Source: Deferribacterales bacterium
Lineage (GTDB): Bacteria > Chrysiogenota > Deferribacteres > Deferribacterales > Geovibrionaceae
NCBI GenBank assembly: GCA_050251875.1
Contig: JBFWMA010000007.1
Span: forward strand, 96,001-160,000
DNA length: 64,000 nucleotides
Direction: 5' to 3'
The notes under the pieces were generated by a model. The model ran no database searches. It was not told where the DNA came from and saw nothing but the letters and a program-made list of their open reading frames with translations. Below are positions 20,207 through 29,093 of the stretch, in pieces. A program made the position numbers and the translations under genes. How positions within the stretch are numbered: position 1 is the first letter of the stretch; each line of letters starts with the position of its first letter.

Positions 20207-22081
20207 TTAAAAGCTCTCGGTCATCACCTTCGTCATCAGCACGGCGAATCTGGCGGTGTCTGAAGGCATGTTGCCCTCCAGAATCAGAGCCTGATTATAC
20301 AGCAGTTCGCTGATGTCGGATATCTTTTCGCTGTCGGCGTTCTTTTCGAACTCGGCGTTCAGCATCTCCACCAGCCTGTGGTCGGGGTTCAGCTCCAGAA
20401 TCTTCTGACGGGCGGGAACTGCCTGTCCCATCTGCTTCAGCATGGCTTCCAGAGACGGGTCAATGTCTGAATCGCCGGAGACCAGCACACAGGGGGAGTT
20501 CTTGAGTCTGGATGAAAGCCTGACTTCGCTCACGCTGTCTTTCAGAACGTCTTTAACCTTCTCTGTCAGTTTGGCGAAGTGTTCTTTCTTCTCTTTTTTC
20601 TCTTCTGTGCTGTCGAGGTTTATGTCGCCTTTCAGGATGGATTTGAACTGTTTGTCCTTATACTTCATCAGACCGGAGATGATGATATCGTCCACCTCGT
20701 CTGTCATGAAGAGCACCTCGAGATCTTTCTCTTTCAGCGCTTCCAGATAGGGGGATGATTCCAGCTCGGTTCTGTTTTTTCCGGTTATGTAGTAAATCTC
20801 GTTCTGCTCTGTCTTCATCCTGCCGATGTATTCATCCAGACTGGTATATTTGCCCTTGTCCGTGGCGGTGGATTCCATGATGAGCAGAGAGGCGATCTCC
20901 TCTTTTTTGGTAAATTCGAAATGGATGCCCTCTTTCAGCACACGCCCGAATTCCTTGAAAAACTCCTCATACTTAGCCGGTTCGTTTGTCTTCATCTGTG
21001 TCAGGTTGTCCAGAACCTTTTTGGTGATGTTTTTGCGGATTATCTCCACCATCTTGTTGTTCTGGAGAATCTCACGGGACACGTTCAGAGGCAGGTCGGA
21101 TGAATCCACCACGCCTTTTACGAATCTGAGATACTGAGGCACCAGATCGGCGCAGTGATCCATAATCTGCACACGGCGCACATAGAGTGCCGGACCTGAC
21201 TTATAGTCGGCATAGAGAATGTTCATGGGCGCTTTCTGAGGGATATATAAGAGAGCGGAGAACTCTGTTGTTCCTTCCGCCTTGAAATGTATAGTCACTG
21301 ACGGATCGGTGAAATCGTGAGAAACGTGTCTGTAGAACTGGTTATATTCGTCCTCGGTCACGTCCGCCTTGTCCTTCAGCCAGATGGCCTTCATGGAGTT
21401 CAGCGTCTCTTCCTCGGTCACGTCTTTGTCTTCCTGTTTTTTCGTAACATCCATCACCACGGGATAGCTGATGTAGTCTGAATATCTTTTTACAACGTCT
21501 TTCAGCTCCCATTCTGTGGCATAATCCTTCTCATCGGCTTTAAGATGCAGAACAACGTCTGTGCCTCTGGTCGCCTTGTCGCACTGTTCCACTGTGAAGG
21601 AACCGTCCGCTGTGGACTCCCATTTTATACCGATGCTTTTGTCCTCACCCGCTTTTCTGGAATAGACAGTGACTTTATCCGCCACCATGAAGGCGGAATA
21701 GAATCCCACGCCGAACTGACCGATCAGCTCGGGGTTTTCCTTCGCCTCTTTGTTTTCCAGAAGCTGCATGAACTCCTTTGTACCTGAGTGGGCAATGGTT
21801 CCGAGAGCCTTTACTGCCTCGTCTTTTGTCATGCCTATACCGTTATCGGATATAGTCAGGGTCATGCCTGTTTCATCGGGAACCAGTTTTATTCTGTAGT
21901 TGGCGTCCCCTTCCAGCAGGGAGTCATTGGTGAGAGCCTCGAACCTCAGCTTGTCGATGGCGTCTGAAGCGTTTGATATCAGCTCTCTTAAAAAGATCTC
22001 TTTGTGAGAATAGAGAGAATGGATCATCAGTTCCAGAAGTTTGTTCACCTCGGTTTTGAACTGCATTCTTTCCTGTGACAT
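20207..22081 (-). CDS. htpG: Hsp90 chaperone HtpG
   Basis: HSLYSHKEIFLRELISNASDA, IGQFGVGFYS, DLPLNVSREILQ. Confidence 0.98.
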   Translation of the reverse strand: MSQERMQFKTEVNKLLELMIHSLYSHKEIFLRELISNASDAIDKLRFEALTNDSLLEGDANYRIKLVPDETGMTLTISDNGIGMTKDEAVKALGTIAHSGTKEFMQLLENKEAKENPELIGQFGVGFYSAFMVADKVTVYSRKAGEDKSIGIKWESTADGSFTVEQCDKATRGTDVVLHLKADEKDYATEWELKDVVKRYSDYISYPVVMDVTKKQEDKDVTEEETLNSMKAIWLKDKADVTEDEYNQFYRHVSHDFTDPSVTIHFKAEGTTEFSALLYIPQKAPMNILYADYKSGPALYVRRVQIMDHCADLVPQYLRFVKGVVDSSDLPLNVSREILQNNKMVEIIRKNITKKVLDNLTQMKTNEPAKYEEFFKEFGRVLKEGIHFEFTKKEEIASLLIMESTATDKGKYTSLDEYIGRMKTEQNEIYYITGKNRTELESSPYLEALKEKDLEVLFMTDEVDDIIISGLMKYKDKQFKSILKGDINLDSTEEKKEKKEHFAKLTEKVKDVLKDSVSEVRLSSRLKNSPCVLVSGDSDIDPSLEAMLKQMGQAVPARQKILELNPDHRLVEMLNAEFEKNADSEKISDISELLYNQALILEGNMPSDTARFAVLMTKVMTESF

Positions 22082-22185
22082 TCCTTTACCTCCAAAATAA
22101 TTGATTTGCGAATATGAATATTATGCGAATACCAGAAAAAATCAACCTCTTGTTTTTCATCATAAAATAGTGTTATCTGTTTGCT

Positions 22186-23742
22186 ATGGACGGACTTACA
22201 CTCACCAAAGCGGTAAACATCCTCAGACAGAGATATATCGGGGCGCAGGCGGCTAAGCTGAATGTCACTGAATCGGGGCTGAGCATCGGGCTCTTCACAT
22301 CCGAACGCTCGGCGCTGAACGTGCGCGTCACCGGAGGCAGTCCCACAATATATCTGTCGGATGATGTGATAGGCGTGAAAGACCCCGCTCTGGACAGGCT
22401 GTCCGGCGGAAAGATATCCGACATAGGGTGCAGGCGGTATGACCGTCTGTTCTACATAAACATAGCCAAGCGCAGACCCAGCGGAAAGATAGAGACCCAC
22501 AGGCTGATCTTCGAACTGATCGGAAAGATGGCGAACGTCTGCATGGTGAACGAAGCCGGAAACATAATCTGGCTGTTCTGCAAAAACAACGCTGACGGCG
22601 ACAGGGATTTTTCCGTTGGAGCGAAATATGCCCAGCCCAGATTGAACAAACAGCAGACGCTGGACAAATATTCCGGAAAAGACTTTAACGACCTGCTGGG
22701 GTTCTATCCCGTGACGGCGAAACACGCCGACCAGTACGTCAAAAACAACTACAGCTTTGACGAAACAGCCGCTCTCATCAGAGAGAGCCTGAGTGACGAA
22801 ATATTCTACAGAGACGCTCAGGGCAGGATAATTCCGTTCAGACCGTTCGGCGAATCCGAAGAGATCAGGATAGAGGATCTGTCTGCGGGCGCTGTGAAGA
22901 TGAGCGTGAAAAAAGAGAGCGACATCCGCCCACGCCTCACAAGATTCTTTGAAAAACAGGCGGAGAAGTATCTTAGGCTGAAAGATCAGCTTCTGATGGA
23001 GCTGAAAGAGGCGGAGAAATTCCCGGAAACAAGACGCATGGCTGATCTGCTGAAGGCGAACCTGCATGTTCTGAAAAACGCCAGAGGATCTGTCAGTCTG
23101 GATGAATACACATCAGACGGCATAGTGAAAGTGCCGTATGACATACCCGAGCTGTTCGACCCGAACCACGAGGTGAACAGGCTCTATAGAAAAGCGGACA
23201 AGCAGGAGAGATCGGTGGGACTGCTCCACGGCAGGATGCAGGAGATAGACAACATCATCGATTCCGCTCTGGAACAGCTCTACTACATAGAGATATCCGC
23301 ATCGGATGATGAGCTGCGTGAACTGGCTCTGGAGATGAAAAGATCGGAGCCGAAGAAAAAACAGCAGATCAAGGAAAAACAGTTCATAAAGATAGACGTT
23401 GGTGCAGGCACGGCATACATCGGCAGAAACTCTGTGAGCAACCACAGGCTGGTGTTCCAGTTCGCCAACCCGAATGACTGGTGGTTTCATGCGCAAAAAA
23501 CGCCTTCCGCTCACCTGATATTCCGAAAGGACGGCAACATCACGCCTGACGAAACAGAGATGTGCGCCGCCATCACCGCCGGCATGAGCAAGCGGAAAAC
23601 AGACCTGAAAGTAACCGTTGACTATACCCAGAAAAAGAACGTAAAAAAGCCGAAGAATACACCGCCCGGCTTTGTTATTTATCACAGGTTCAAATCAGTT
23701 ATTGCGGAACCTGTCTTTTTAGACGAAAATACCCTTGGCTGA
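22186..23742 (+). CDS. rqcH: NFACT family ribosome quality-control protein RqcH (FbpA)
   Basis: N-terminal MDGLTL, YDR, ELIGK.AN; C-terminal IGRN...DWWFH...VDYT.KK.VKKP. Confidence 0.85.
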   Translation: MDGLTLTKAVNILRQRYIGAQAAKLNVTESGLSIGLFTSERSALNVRVTGGSPTIYLSDDVIGVKDPALDRLSGGKISDIGCRRYDRLFYINIAKRRPSGKIETHRLIFELIGKMANVCMVNEAGNIIWLFCKNNADGDRDFSVGAKYAQPRLNKQQTLDKYSGKDFNDLLGFYPVTAKHADQYVKNNYSFDETAALIRESLSDEIFYRDAQGRIIPFRPFGESEEIRIEDLSAGAVKMSVKKESDIRPRLTRFFEKQAEKYLRLKDQLLMELKEAEKFPETRRMADLLKANLHVLKNARGSVSLDEYTSDGIVKVPYDIPELFDPNHEVNRLYRKADKQERSVGLLHGRMQEIDNIIDSALEQLYYIEISASDDELRELALEMKRSEPKKKQQIKEKQFIKIDVGAGTAYIGRNSVSNHRLVFQFANPNDWWFHAQKTPSAHLIFRKDGNITPDETEMCAAITAGMSKRKTDLKVTVDYTQKKNVKKPKNTPPGFVIYHRFKSVIAEPVFLDENTLG

Positions 23743-23759
23743 TACAACTCCCCGCCCCC

Positions 23760-23795
23760 GTCATTGCGAGGAGGTGTACACCGACGCGGCAATCT
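23760..23795. repeat. partial RPE/REP-like element
   Basis: GTCATTGCGAG...GGCAATCT, same family as 26310-26345 and 26522-26597. Confidence 0.65.
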
Positions 23796-23852
23796 GCGTT
23801 CGGGGCTTTACAACATATAAATACTGAATATATTGTTTTAACGGAGATACAA

Positions 23853-24161
23853 ATGGATAAAATTGAAGCACTGAGAAAGAAGGCTATATTTCAGGCGGCA
23901 AGACGCGCCATCCTGGAAAACGAGATCTTCGTTCGTGATTACGTTACAAACCACCTGCCCGAAAGCTATGGTGAAAAAGAACTGGAAGACCTCATCAACA
24001 TGCTGGTGAAAATTTTCGACAACGACCTTTTCGATGTTATCATGGGCGTGAAGAAGACAGAAGATTTTGAGGGCATGTACGACCAGCGTCTGCTGAAAGA
24101 CATAGAAAACTTCGCCGTCAGAAGACGTGAAGAGATAAAGCAAGCAAAAGGACTGGCATAA
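23853..24161 (+). CDS. SdhE/Sdh5-like flavinylation (succinate dehydrogenase assembly) factor
   Basis: LRKKAIFQAARRAILENE...D.DLFD.I resembles the SdhE RGxxE region; 102 aa. Confidence 0.6.
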   Translation: MDKIEALRKKAIFQAARRAILENEIFVRDYVTNHLPESYGEKELEDLINMLVKIFDNDLFDVIMGVKKTEDFEGMYDQRLLKDIENFAVRRREEIKQAKGLA

Positions 24162-24162
24162 T

Positions 24163-24465
24163 ATGAACGAACGCTGGATGGCCGTTTTTGAGGATATGAC
24201 ATGGTATGACGCCAAGCTGGACTGCGAAGGCGACACATGCGAGATGTATCTTTATACCAATAAAAAGAAAATAAAGGTCAAAAAGCTGAAACAGAATGAT
24301 TTCACCAAGGTAATCCGTGTGGAAGACCGCATGTCCGGCGACATTATCGATCTGGTGGATTTCAACGAGATGGACAGGTTTTTTGAGCAGAACACAATCA
24401 TATTTAAAAACAGAGTCGGACTTCATAAAGAGGTCCGCAGATATATAGATTTCAGTCTGAAATAA
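24163..24465 (+). CDS. hypothetical protein
   Basis: 100 aa ORF tightly coupled to both neighbours. Confidence 0.7.
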   Translation: MNERWMAVFEDMTWYDAKLDCEGDTCEMYLYTNKKKIKVKKLKQNDFTKVIRVEDRMSGDIIDLVDFNEMDRFFEQNTIIFKNRVGLHKEVRRYIDFSLK

Positions 24466-25454
24466 TGTCCAGAGTCGGCTTTACCACCACTATTCCGGTT
24501 GAGATAATTCTGGCGGCGGGCAAGGTGCCCGTTGACCTGAACAACGTCTTCATCACAGATACAGACCCCATGAGAATGGCGGAATCGGCAGAGGATGACG
24601 GACTGCCCCGCAACCTGTGCGCATGGATCAAGGGCATATACGCCGCTGTGAAACAGGCGGACATAGACGAAGTGATCGCCGTGACACAGGGCGATTGCAG
24701 TAATTCGCACGCTCTGGCGGAGCTCTTTATCAATGACGGGATCAAGGTACACTCATTCAGCTATCCCTTCGAAAAAGAACACAGATACGAAACACTTAAA
24801 AGCGAGATGGAGCGTTTCGCCAAATCCATCGGCACAACGCTTGAAAAAGGCATAGAATATTCCAAAAAGACAGACAGCGTGCGGGCAAAACTGCGCAGGC
24901 TGGACGAGCTGACCACAGAGGGCAAAGTGACAGGTTTCGAAAACCACCTGTGGCTGGTGACCTCCACCGACTTCAACACCGACCTGAAAAAATATGAAAC
25001 CGAGCTGGATGCTTTTCTGAAAGAGGCGGAGGCACGGGTGCCCGACACCGGGGGACTTAAAATAGGCTTCATCGGCGTTCCGACTATTTTTTCAGACATA
25101 TATCAGTTTATGGAATCAAAAGGCGCAAAGGTAATCTTCAACGAGATACAGCGCCAGTTCGCCATCCCCTCAGACGACCCGGACTACATCAGAAGATATG
25201 CGGAATACACCTATCCTTATGACGTTTTCGGCAGGGTCGCTGACATAAAAGAGCAGAAACAGCAGAGAAAGCTGGACGGCATAATCCACTATGTCCAGTC
25301 GTTCTGCTACCGCCAGATGCAGGATATCATCATCAGAAAAGAGATCAACTGCCCTATCTTAACCATAGAGGGGGACGCTCCGTCAGGCATAGACGCCAGA
25401 ACCAAAATACGCATAGAGTCGTTTCTGGAGATGCTGGAGGCGAAGAAGAGATGA
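24465..25454 (+). CDS. 2-hydroxyacyl-CoA dehydratase (HgdD-like) family Fe-S protein
   Basis: IPVEII.AAG, LCAWIKG, GDCS, DGIIHY..SFC, TKIRIESF.EML. Confidence 0.85.
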   Translation: MSRVGFTTTIPVEIILAAGKVPVDLNNVFITDTDPMRMAESAEDDGLPRNLCAWIKGIYAAVKQADIDEVIAVTQGDCSNSHALAELFINDGIKVHSFSYPFEKEHRYETLKSEMERFAKSIGTTLEKGIEYSKKTDSVRAKLRRLDELTTEGKVTGFENHLWLVTSTDFNTDLKKYETELDAFLKEAEARVPDTGGLKIGFIGVPTIFSDIYQFMESKGAKVIFNEIQRQFAIPSDDPDYIRRYAEYTYPYDVFGRVADIKEQKQQRKLDGIIHYVQSFCYRQMQDIIIRKEINCPILTIEGDAPSGIDARTKIRIESFLEMLEAKKR

Positions 25455-26194
25455 AACTCGGCATAGACCTCGGAAGCAGATTTGTAAAAATAGCAGTACA
25501 GACGGAGACAGGCATAACCTATCACCGTGAAGACACGGTATTTTTCTATAAAAACAGGGTGAAAAGAGAGAAAGGTGACGTGTTCATCGATCTCACATCA
25601 TACGGAGCGGACGAGACCTGCCGGATAACCGCCACAGGATACGGACGAAACATGATGTCATTCGCCAACGCCAACGTGATATCCGAGATAAAGGCGCACT
25701 ACAGAGGCGCTCTGGAATCCACTGGCGAGCAGGAATTCATTCTGGTGGATGTGGGCGGACAGGACAGCAAGGTGATATACGTCCGTGACGGCTACATTGA
25801 CGATTTTGTGATGAACGACAAATGCGCCGCCAGCACAGGGCGGTTTCTGGAAAACGCCTGCCGGATACTGGACATATCTCTGGACGAACTGTCTGACATG
25901 ACGGCAGAACCCGTGAAGCTGAACAGCACCTGCGCCATATTCAGTGAAAGCGAGCTGGTGGGCAAGATAGCTGAGGGTTTTTCAATAGAATCAATAGGTG
26001 CCGGGGTGAACGAAAGCATCGCCAGAAGGCTGTTTCCGCTCATCAGAAAATACAGGCACAAAAAAATATTCGCCGCCGGAGGCGTGGCTTCCAACGCAGG
26101 TCTGCTGAAATTTTTATCCGAAATGTCCGGCACAGAGATCGAACCAATCAACAACCCGCAGTACAACGGCTGTTTCGGCTGTTTATTCTATTAG
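25451..26194 (+). CDS. acyl-CoA dehydratase activase (BadF/BcrA ASKHA ATPase)
   Basis: GIDLGS, ATGYGR, DVGGQDSK, MNDKCAASTGRFLE, STCAIFSESE. Confidence 0.92.
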   Translation: MKLGIDLGSRFVKIAVQTETGITYHREDTVFFYKNRVKREKGDVFIDLTSYGADETCRITATGYGRNMMSFANANVISEIKAHYRGALESTGEQEFILVDVGGQDSKVIYVRDGYIDDFVMNDKCAASTGRFLENACRILDISLDELSDMTAEPVKLNSTCAIFSESELVGKIAEGFSIESIGAGVNESIARRLFPLIRKYRHKKIFAAGGVASNAGLLKFLSEMSGTEIEPINNPQYNGCFGCLFY

Positions 26195-26195
26195 C

Positions 26196-26597
26196 AAAAA
26201 TTCATTCGTCCATGAAGAATTTTTGATACCGCTCCATATCGGCAAAGCCTCAATTACGCTTACGTTCCGCTTCGCTCCACGAACAACATCCTGTTATTTA
26301 TAACTTACAGTCATTGCGAACCAACGAAGTTGGTGTGGCAATCTCATACAAACAAAAATTCATCCATCCATGGAAAACATCAGGCTATGTTCCCTGATGT
26401 TTCTGCACCAAGCTAGCTATAGAATTTTTGATACCGTTACGTTCGGAGCAAATCCTCACTCCACTTACACTCCGTAGATAAATCTGCTCCACGAACAACA
26501 TCCTGTTGTTTATAACTTACCGTCATTGCGAACCAACGCAGTTGGTGTGGCAATCTCGTTTAAAACACAGAGATTGCAACGATTCGCTCGCAATGAC
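26196..26597. repeat. tandem composite repeat with RPE-like palindromes
   Basis: 72-bp direct repeat at 26274-26345 and 26486-26557 (3 mismatches); full palindrome GTCATTGCGA...TCGCAATGAC at 26522-26597. Confidence 0.8.
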
Positions 26598-26604
26598 AAT
26601 GCAC

Positions 26605-26632
26605 AAAAAAGGCGGTCAAATCGACCGCCTTT
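26605..26632. terminator. intrinsic terminator
   Basis: AAAAAAGGCGGTC-AAATC-GACCGCCTTT. Confidence 0.75.
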
Positions 26633-26635
26633 GAT

Positions 26636-27166
26636 TTAAATATGACTTTTACTTATTTCATCTAGAAGATTCCACTTCTCTTTAAAGTCTTTTAATTGTT
26701 CAGTTGATAATGTTGCATGTGGAGAAATTCCTCCTCTTGGTCCTCGTCCACCATTTTTATTCATGTAACTTACAAAGCCATTAATAACTAAATCTTGAAT
26801 TTGTTGTTCAGTGCATATAAAGAAAACAGGCTCTTTTATACTGTTTTCTTTTAACTGAACAAGAATCCATATCATATTTGGGTGTTTTAACTTTTTCTTT
26901 TCACCAAATTGATATTTATTTTCATCAACAATATTATATTCTATCCAATGGTCAATAGTAGTCCGAAGCATTGTATCTGTATTACTGGTTTTAACTTGGA
27001 TAGGAAATGACTTTAATGTTGTTGGATTAACTGCTGTAACATCAAAACCTGGCATATTGCCAGAATATGGAGAAGCATAATAGCCCATAGTGCCCAATTG
27101 AGCACAAACAAGAAATTCGCCAACCTGTCCTGTTAGTTTTCTTTCTGAACCCGATTTCATAAACAA
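26636..27166 (-). CDS. orphan PD-(D/E)XK nuclease-like protein
   Basis: GQVGE.LV...L, PGFDV, IQVKT; AT-rich compared with its neighbours. Confidence 0.65.
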   Translation of the reverse strand: MFMKSGSERKLTGQVGEFLVCAQLGTMGYYASPYSGNMPGFDVTAVNPTTLKSFPIQVKTSNTDTMLRTTIDHWIEYNIVDENKYQFGEKKKLKHPNMIWILVQLKENSIKEPVFFICTEQQIQDLVINGFVSYMNKNGGRGPRGGISPHATLSTEQLKDFKEKWNLLDEISKSHI

Positions 27167-27171
27167 TCCTT

Positions 27172-28269
27172 TTATAATCCTATAAATCTACCTTCGGTGT
27201 AAATGAGTTTGCCGTCGGCGTATACTTTGCCGTCCTGCATGCTCTTGATCATATCCCAGTGGATGCCTGATTTGTTCTTTCCGCCCGCTTCAGGATAGCT
27301 TGCGCCCACTGCCATGTGGATTGTGCGTCCTATCTTTTCATCGAACAGAATGTTTTTGGTGGGCTTGTCTATGTTGTCGTTCAGACCGAAGGCGATCTCG
27401 CCGATCAGTCTGGAACCTTCGTCTGTCTCCAAAACGCTTTGCAGGAAATCGTTGCCCTTCTCTGCGGAGGCTTCCATGATGCGTCCGTTATCTATCTTCA
27501 GCATGATTCCGCCAGCCTCAACACCCATGTATGATGTGGGCAGGTCGAAATATATCTGACCGTTCACGCCGTCTTCCACGGGGCTGGTGAAAACCTCTCC
27601 GTCAGGCATGTTGTGGTGTCCGTTGCAGTTGATGAATTTTCTGCCGTTCACGTTAAAAGTGATGTCGGTCTTGTTGCCGACTATGCGCAGTTCTTTGGTG
27701 CCTGTCAGAATCTTTACCACGTTCTGCTGAAACTCGTCCACCTTGCGCCATGCCGCCACCGGATCCGCTTCGTTCAGCTTGCATGCGTTGAACACGAACT
27801 CTGTGTATTCATCCAGCGACATTTCGGCGTCCTGAGCCATAGCCTGTGAGGGATAGGGGCAGAGCGACCAGCGGAACTCGCCTTTGCCTTCTCTGTCCAT
27901 CAGCACGTCACGCACCTGACGCATGGTCTTGCTGGCGAGAGATATTTTTGATTTATCCGCACGGGTCAGCTGTTTTGTGTTGCTGGTGCTGTCGATGTAT
28001 ACCTGAGCGGTGATGTTGTGAGCGTCCGCCATCACGCTGGGGGCTATGAATTCAAGCTGTTTGTTGTTAGCGTTGGCATAGAAAGCCGCCTGCTGTTCCG
28101 CTATCTGCATACGCAGAATGGGATGAGCGCCAAGCTGAAGAGCCTTTACCATCAGCGCCTTAACCAGAGGCTCGGAAACTGTTTCGGCTCTTATCAGAAA
28201 TATGTCATCCTCTTTCAGATTGAGGGAATATTCGCATATCAGATCAGCCATTTTCTTTTCAAGCTGCAT
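27172..28269 (-). CDS. M29 family aminopeptidase (AmpS/aminopeptidase T-like)
   Basis: NMPDGEVFTSP, GEIAFG, LFDEKI..TIHMAVG..Y, SGIHWDMI. Confidence 0.93.
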   Translation of the reverse strand: MQLEKKMADLICEYSLNLKEDDIFLIRAETVSEPLVKALMVKALQLGAHPILRMQIAEQQAAFYANANNKQLEFIAPSVMADAHNITAQVYIDSTSNTKQLTRADKSKISLASKTMRQVRDVLMDREGKGEFRWSLCPYPSQAMAQDAEMSLDEYTEFVFNACKLNEADPVAAWRKVDEFQQNVVKILTGTKELRIVGNKTDITFNVNGRKFINCNGHHNMPDGEVFTSPVEDGVNGQIYFDLPTSYMGVEAGGIMLKIDNGRIMEASAEKGNDFLQSVLETDEGSRLIGEIAFGLNDNIDKPTKNILFDEKIGRTIHMAVGASYPEAGGKNKSGIHWDMIKSMQDGKVYADGKLIYTEGRFIGL

Positions 28270-28333
28270 AATCTACTCCTTAGGTCTTATTATAAGTATT
28301 TATATAATAAGACTTGGGGATTAATCAAGAGGT

Positions 28334-29080
28334 TCAGCTTTTTATCAGGCTGTAAATTCTCCGGGCGGCGCATGCGGCGCCGAATCCGTTGTCTATATTC
28401 ATCACGGTGATGCCCCCGGCGCAGGATGTCAGCATAGCCAGCAGTGCGGACACGCCAGAAAAAGACGCTCCGTATCCCACGGAAGTGGGAACAGCTATCA
28501 CAGGGCTGGTCACCAGACCTCCTATGACGCTCGCCAGCGCCCCTTCCATCCCGGCGACCACTATAACCACGCCGGCGTTTCGTATGTCGTCCAGCCTGTC
28601 GAAAAGCCTGTGCAGACCGGCAACACCGACATCAGATATAATCTTTGCCCTGACGCCTATCATGTCGCAGGTGGTTTTCGCTTCCTGCGCCACAGGCAGA
28701 TCGGACGTTCCGGCGGTGATTATCACCGTCTCTTTCTCTGCGTAATGTATCTCGTTTATTTTCAGCGCCAGTGTTTTGCCCAGCTCGTCATACACCGCCT
28801 CCGGACATACCGAAGCCACAGCGGCGGCGCACTCTCCGCTGACTCTGGTCGCCAGAACATTAGAGCGTCCTGACATAGCCTTAAAAATATCCGCCACCTG
28901 CCCTGGCGTCTTTCCCTCGGCGTATATCACCTCCGGAAAACCGTTTCTGAGCGGTCTGTGCATATCCATCTTCGTATGACCCATATCTATGTATGGCAGG
29001 TCACGGAGCTTTTTCACCGTGTCGTCCAGATCGGCAGTCCCGTTCTGAAGCCCTGTCAGTATTTCCCGTAAATTATCCAT
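28334..29080 (-). CDS. larB: nickel pincer cofactor biosynthesis protein LarB
   Basis: GFPEVIY.EGKT, AGTSDLPVA.EA, DVGVAGLHRL, VAGMEGAL, AVPTSVGYG, NIDNGFGA. Confidence 0.92.
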   Translation of the reverse strand: MDNLREILTGLQNGTADLDDTVKKLRDLPYIDMGHTKMDMHRPLRNGFPEVIYAEGKTPGQVADIFKAMSGRSNVLATRVSGECAAAVASVCPEAVYDELGKTLALKINEIHYAEKETVIITAGTSDLPVAQEAKTTCDMIGVRAKIISDVGVAGLHRLFDRLDDIRNAGVVIVVAGMEGALASVIGGLVTSPVIAVPTSVGYGASFSGVSALLAMLTSCAGGITVMNIDNGFGAACAARRIYSLIKS

Positions 29081-29093
29081 CGGTTATCCTTGT

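Noticed and set aside
22045..23067. 340-aa minus-strand ORF
   Set aside because: Antisense shadow of rqcH
26274..26557. Possible CRISPR array
   Set aside because: Only two 72-bp copies about 140 bp apart, no regular spacers and no cas genes
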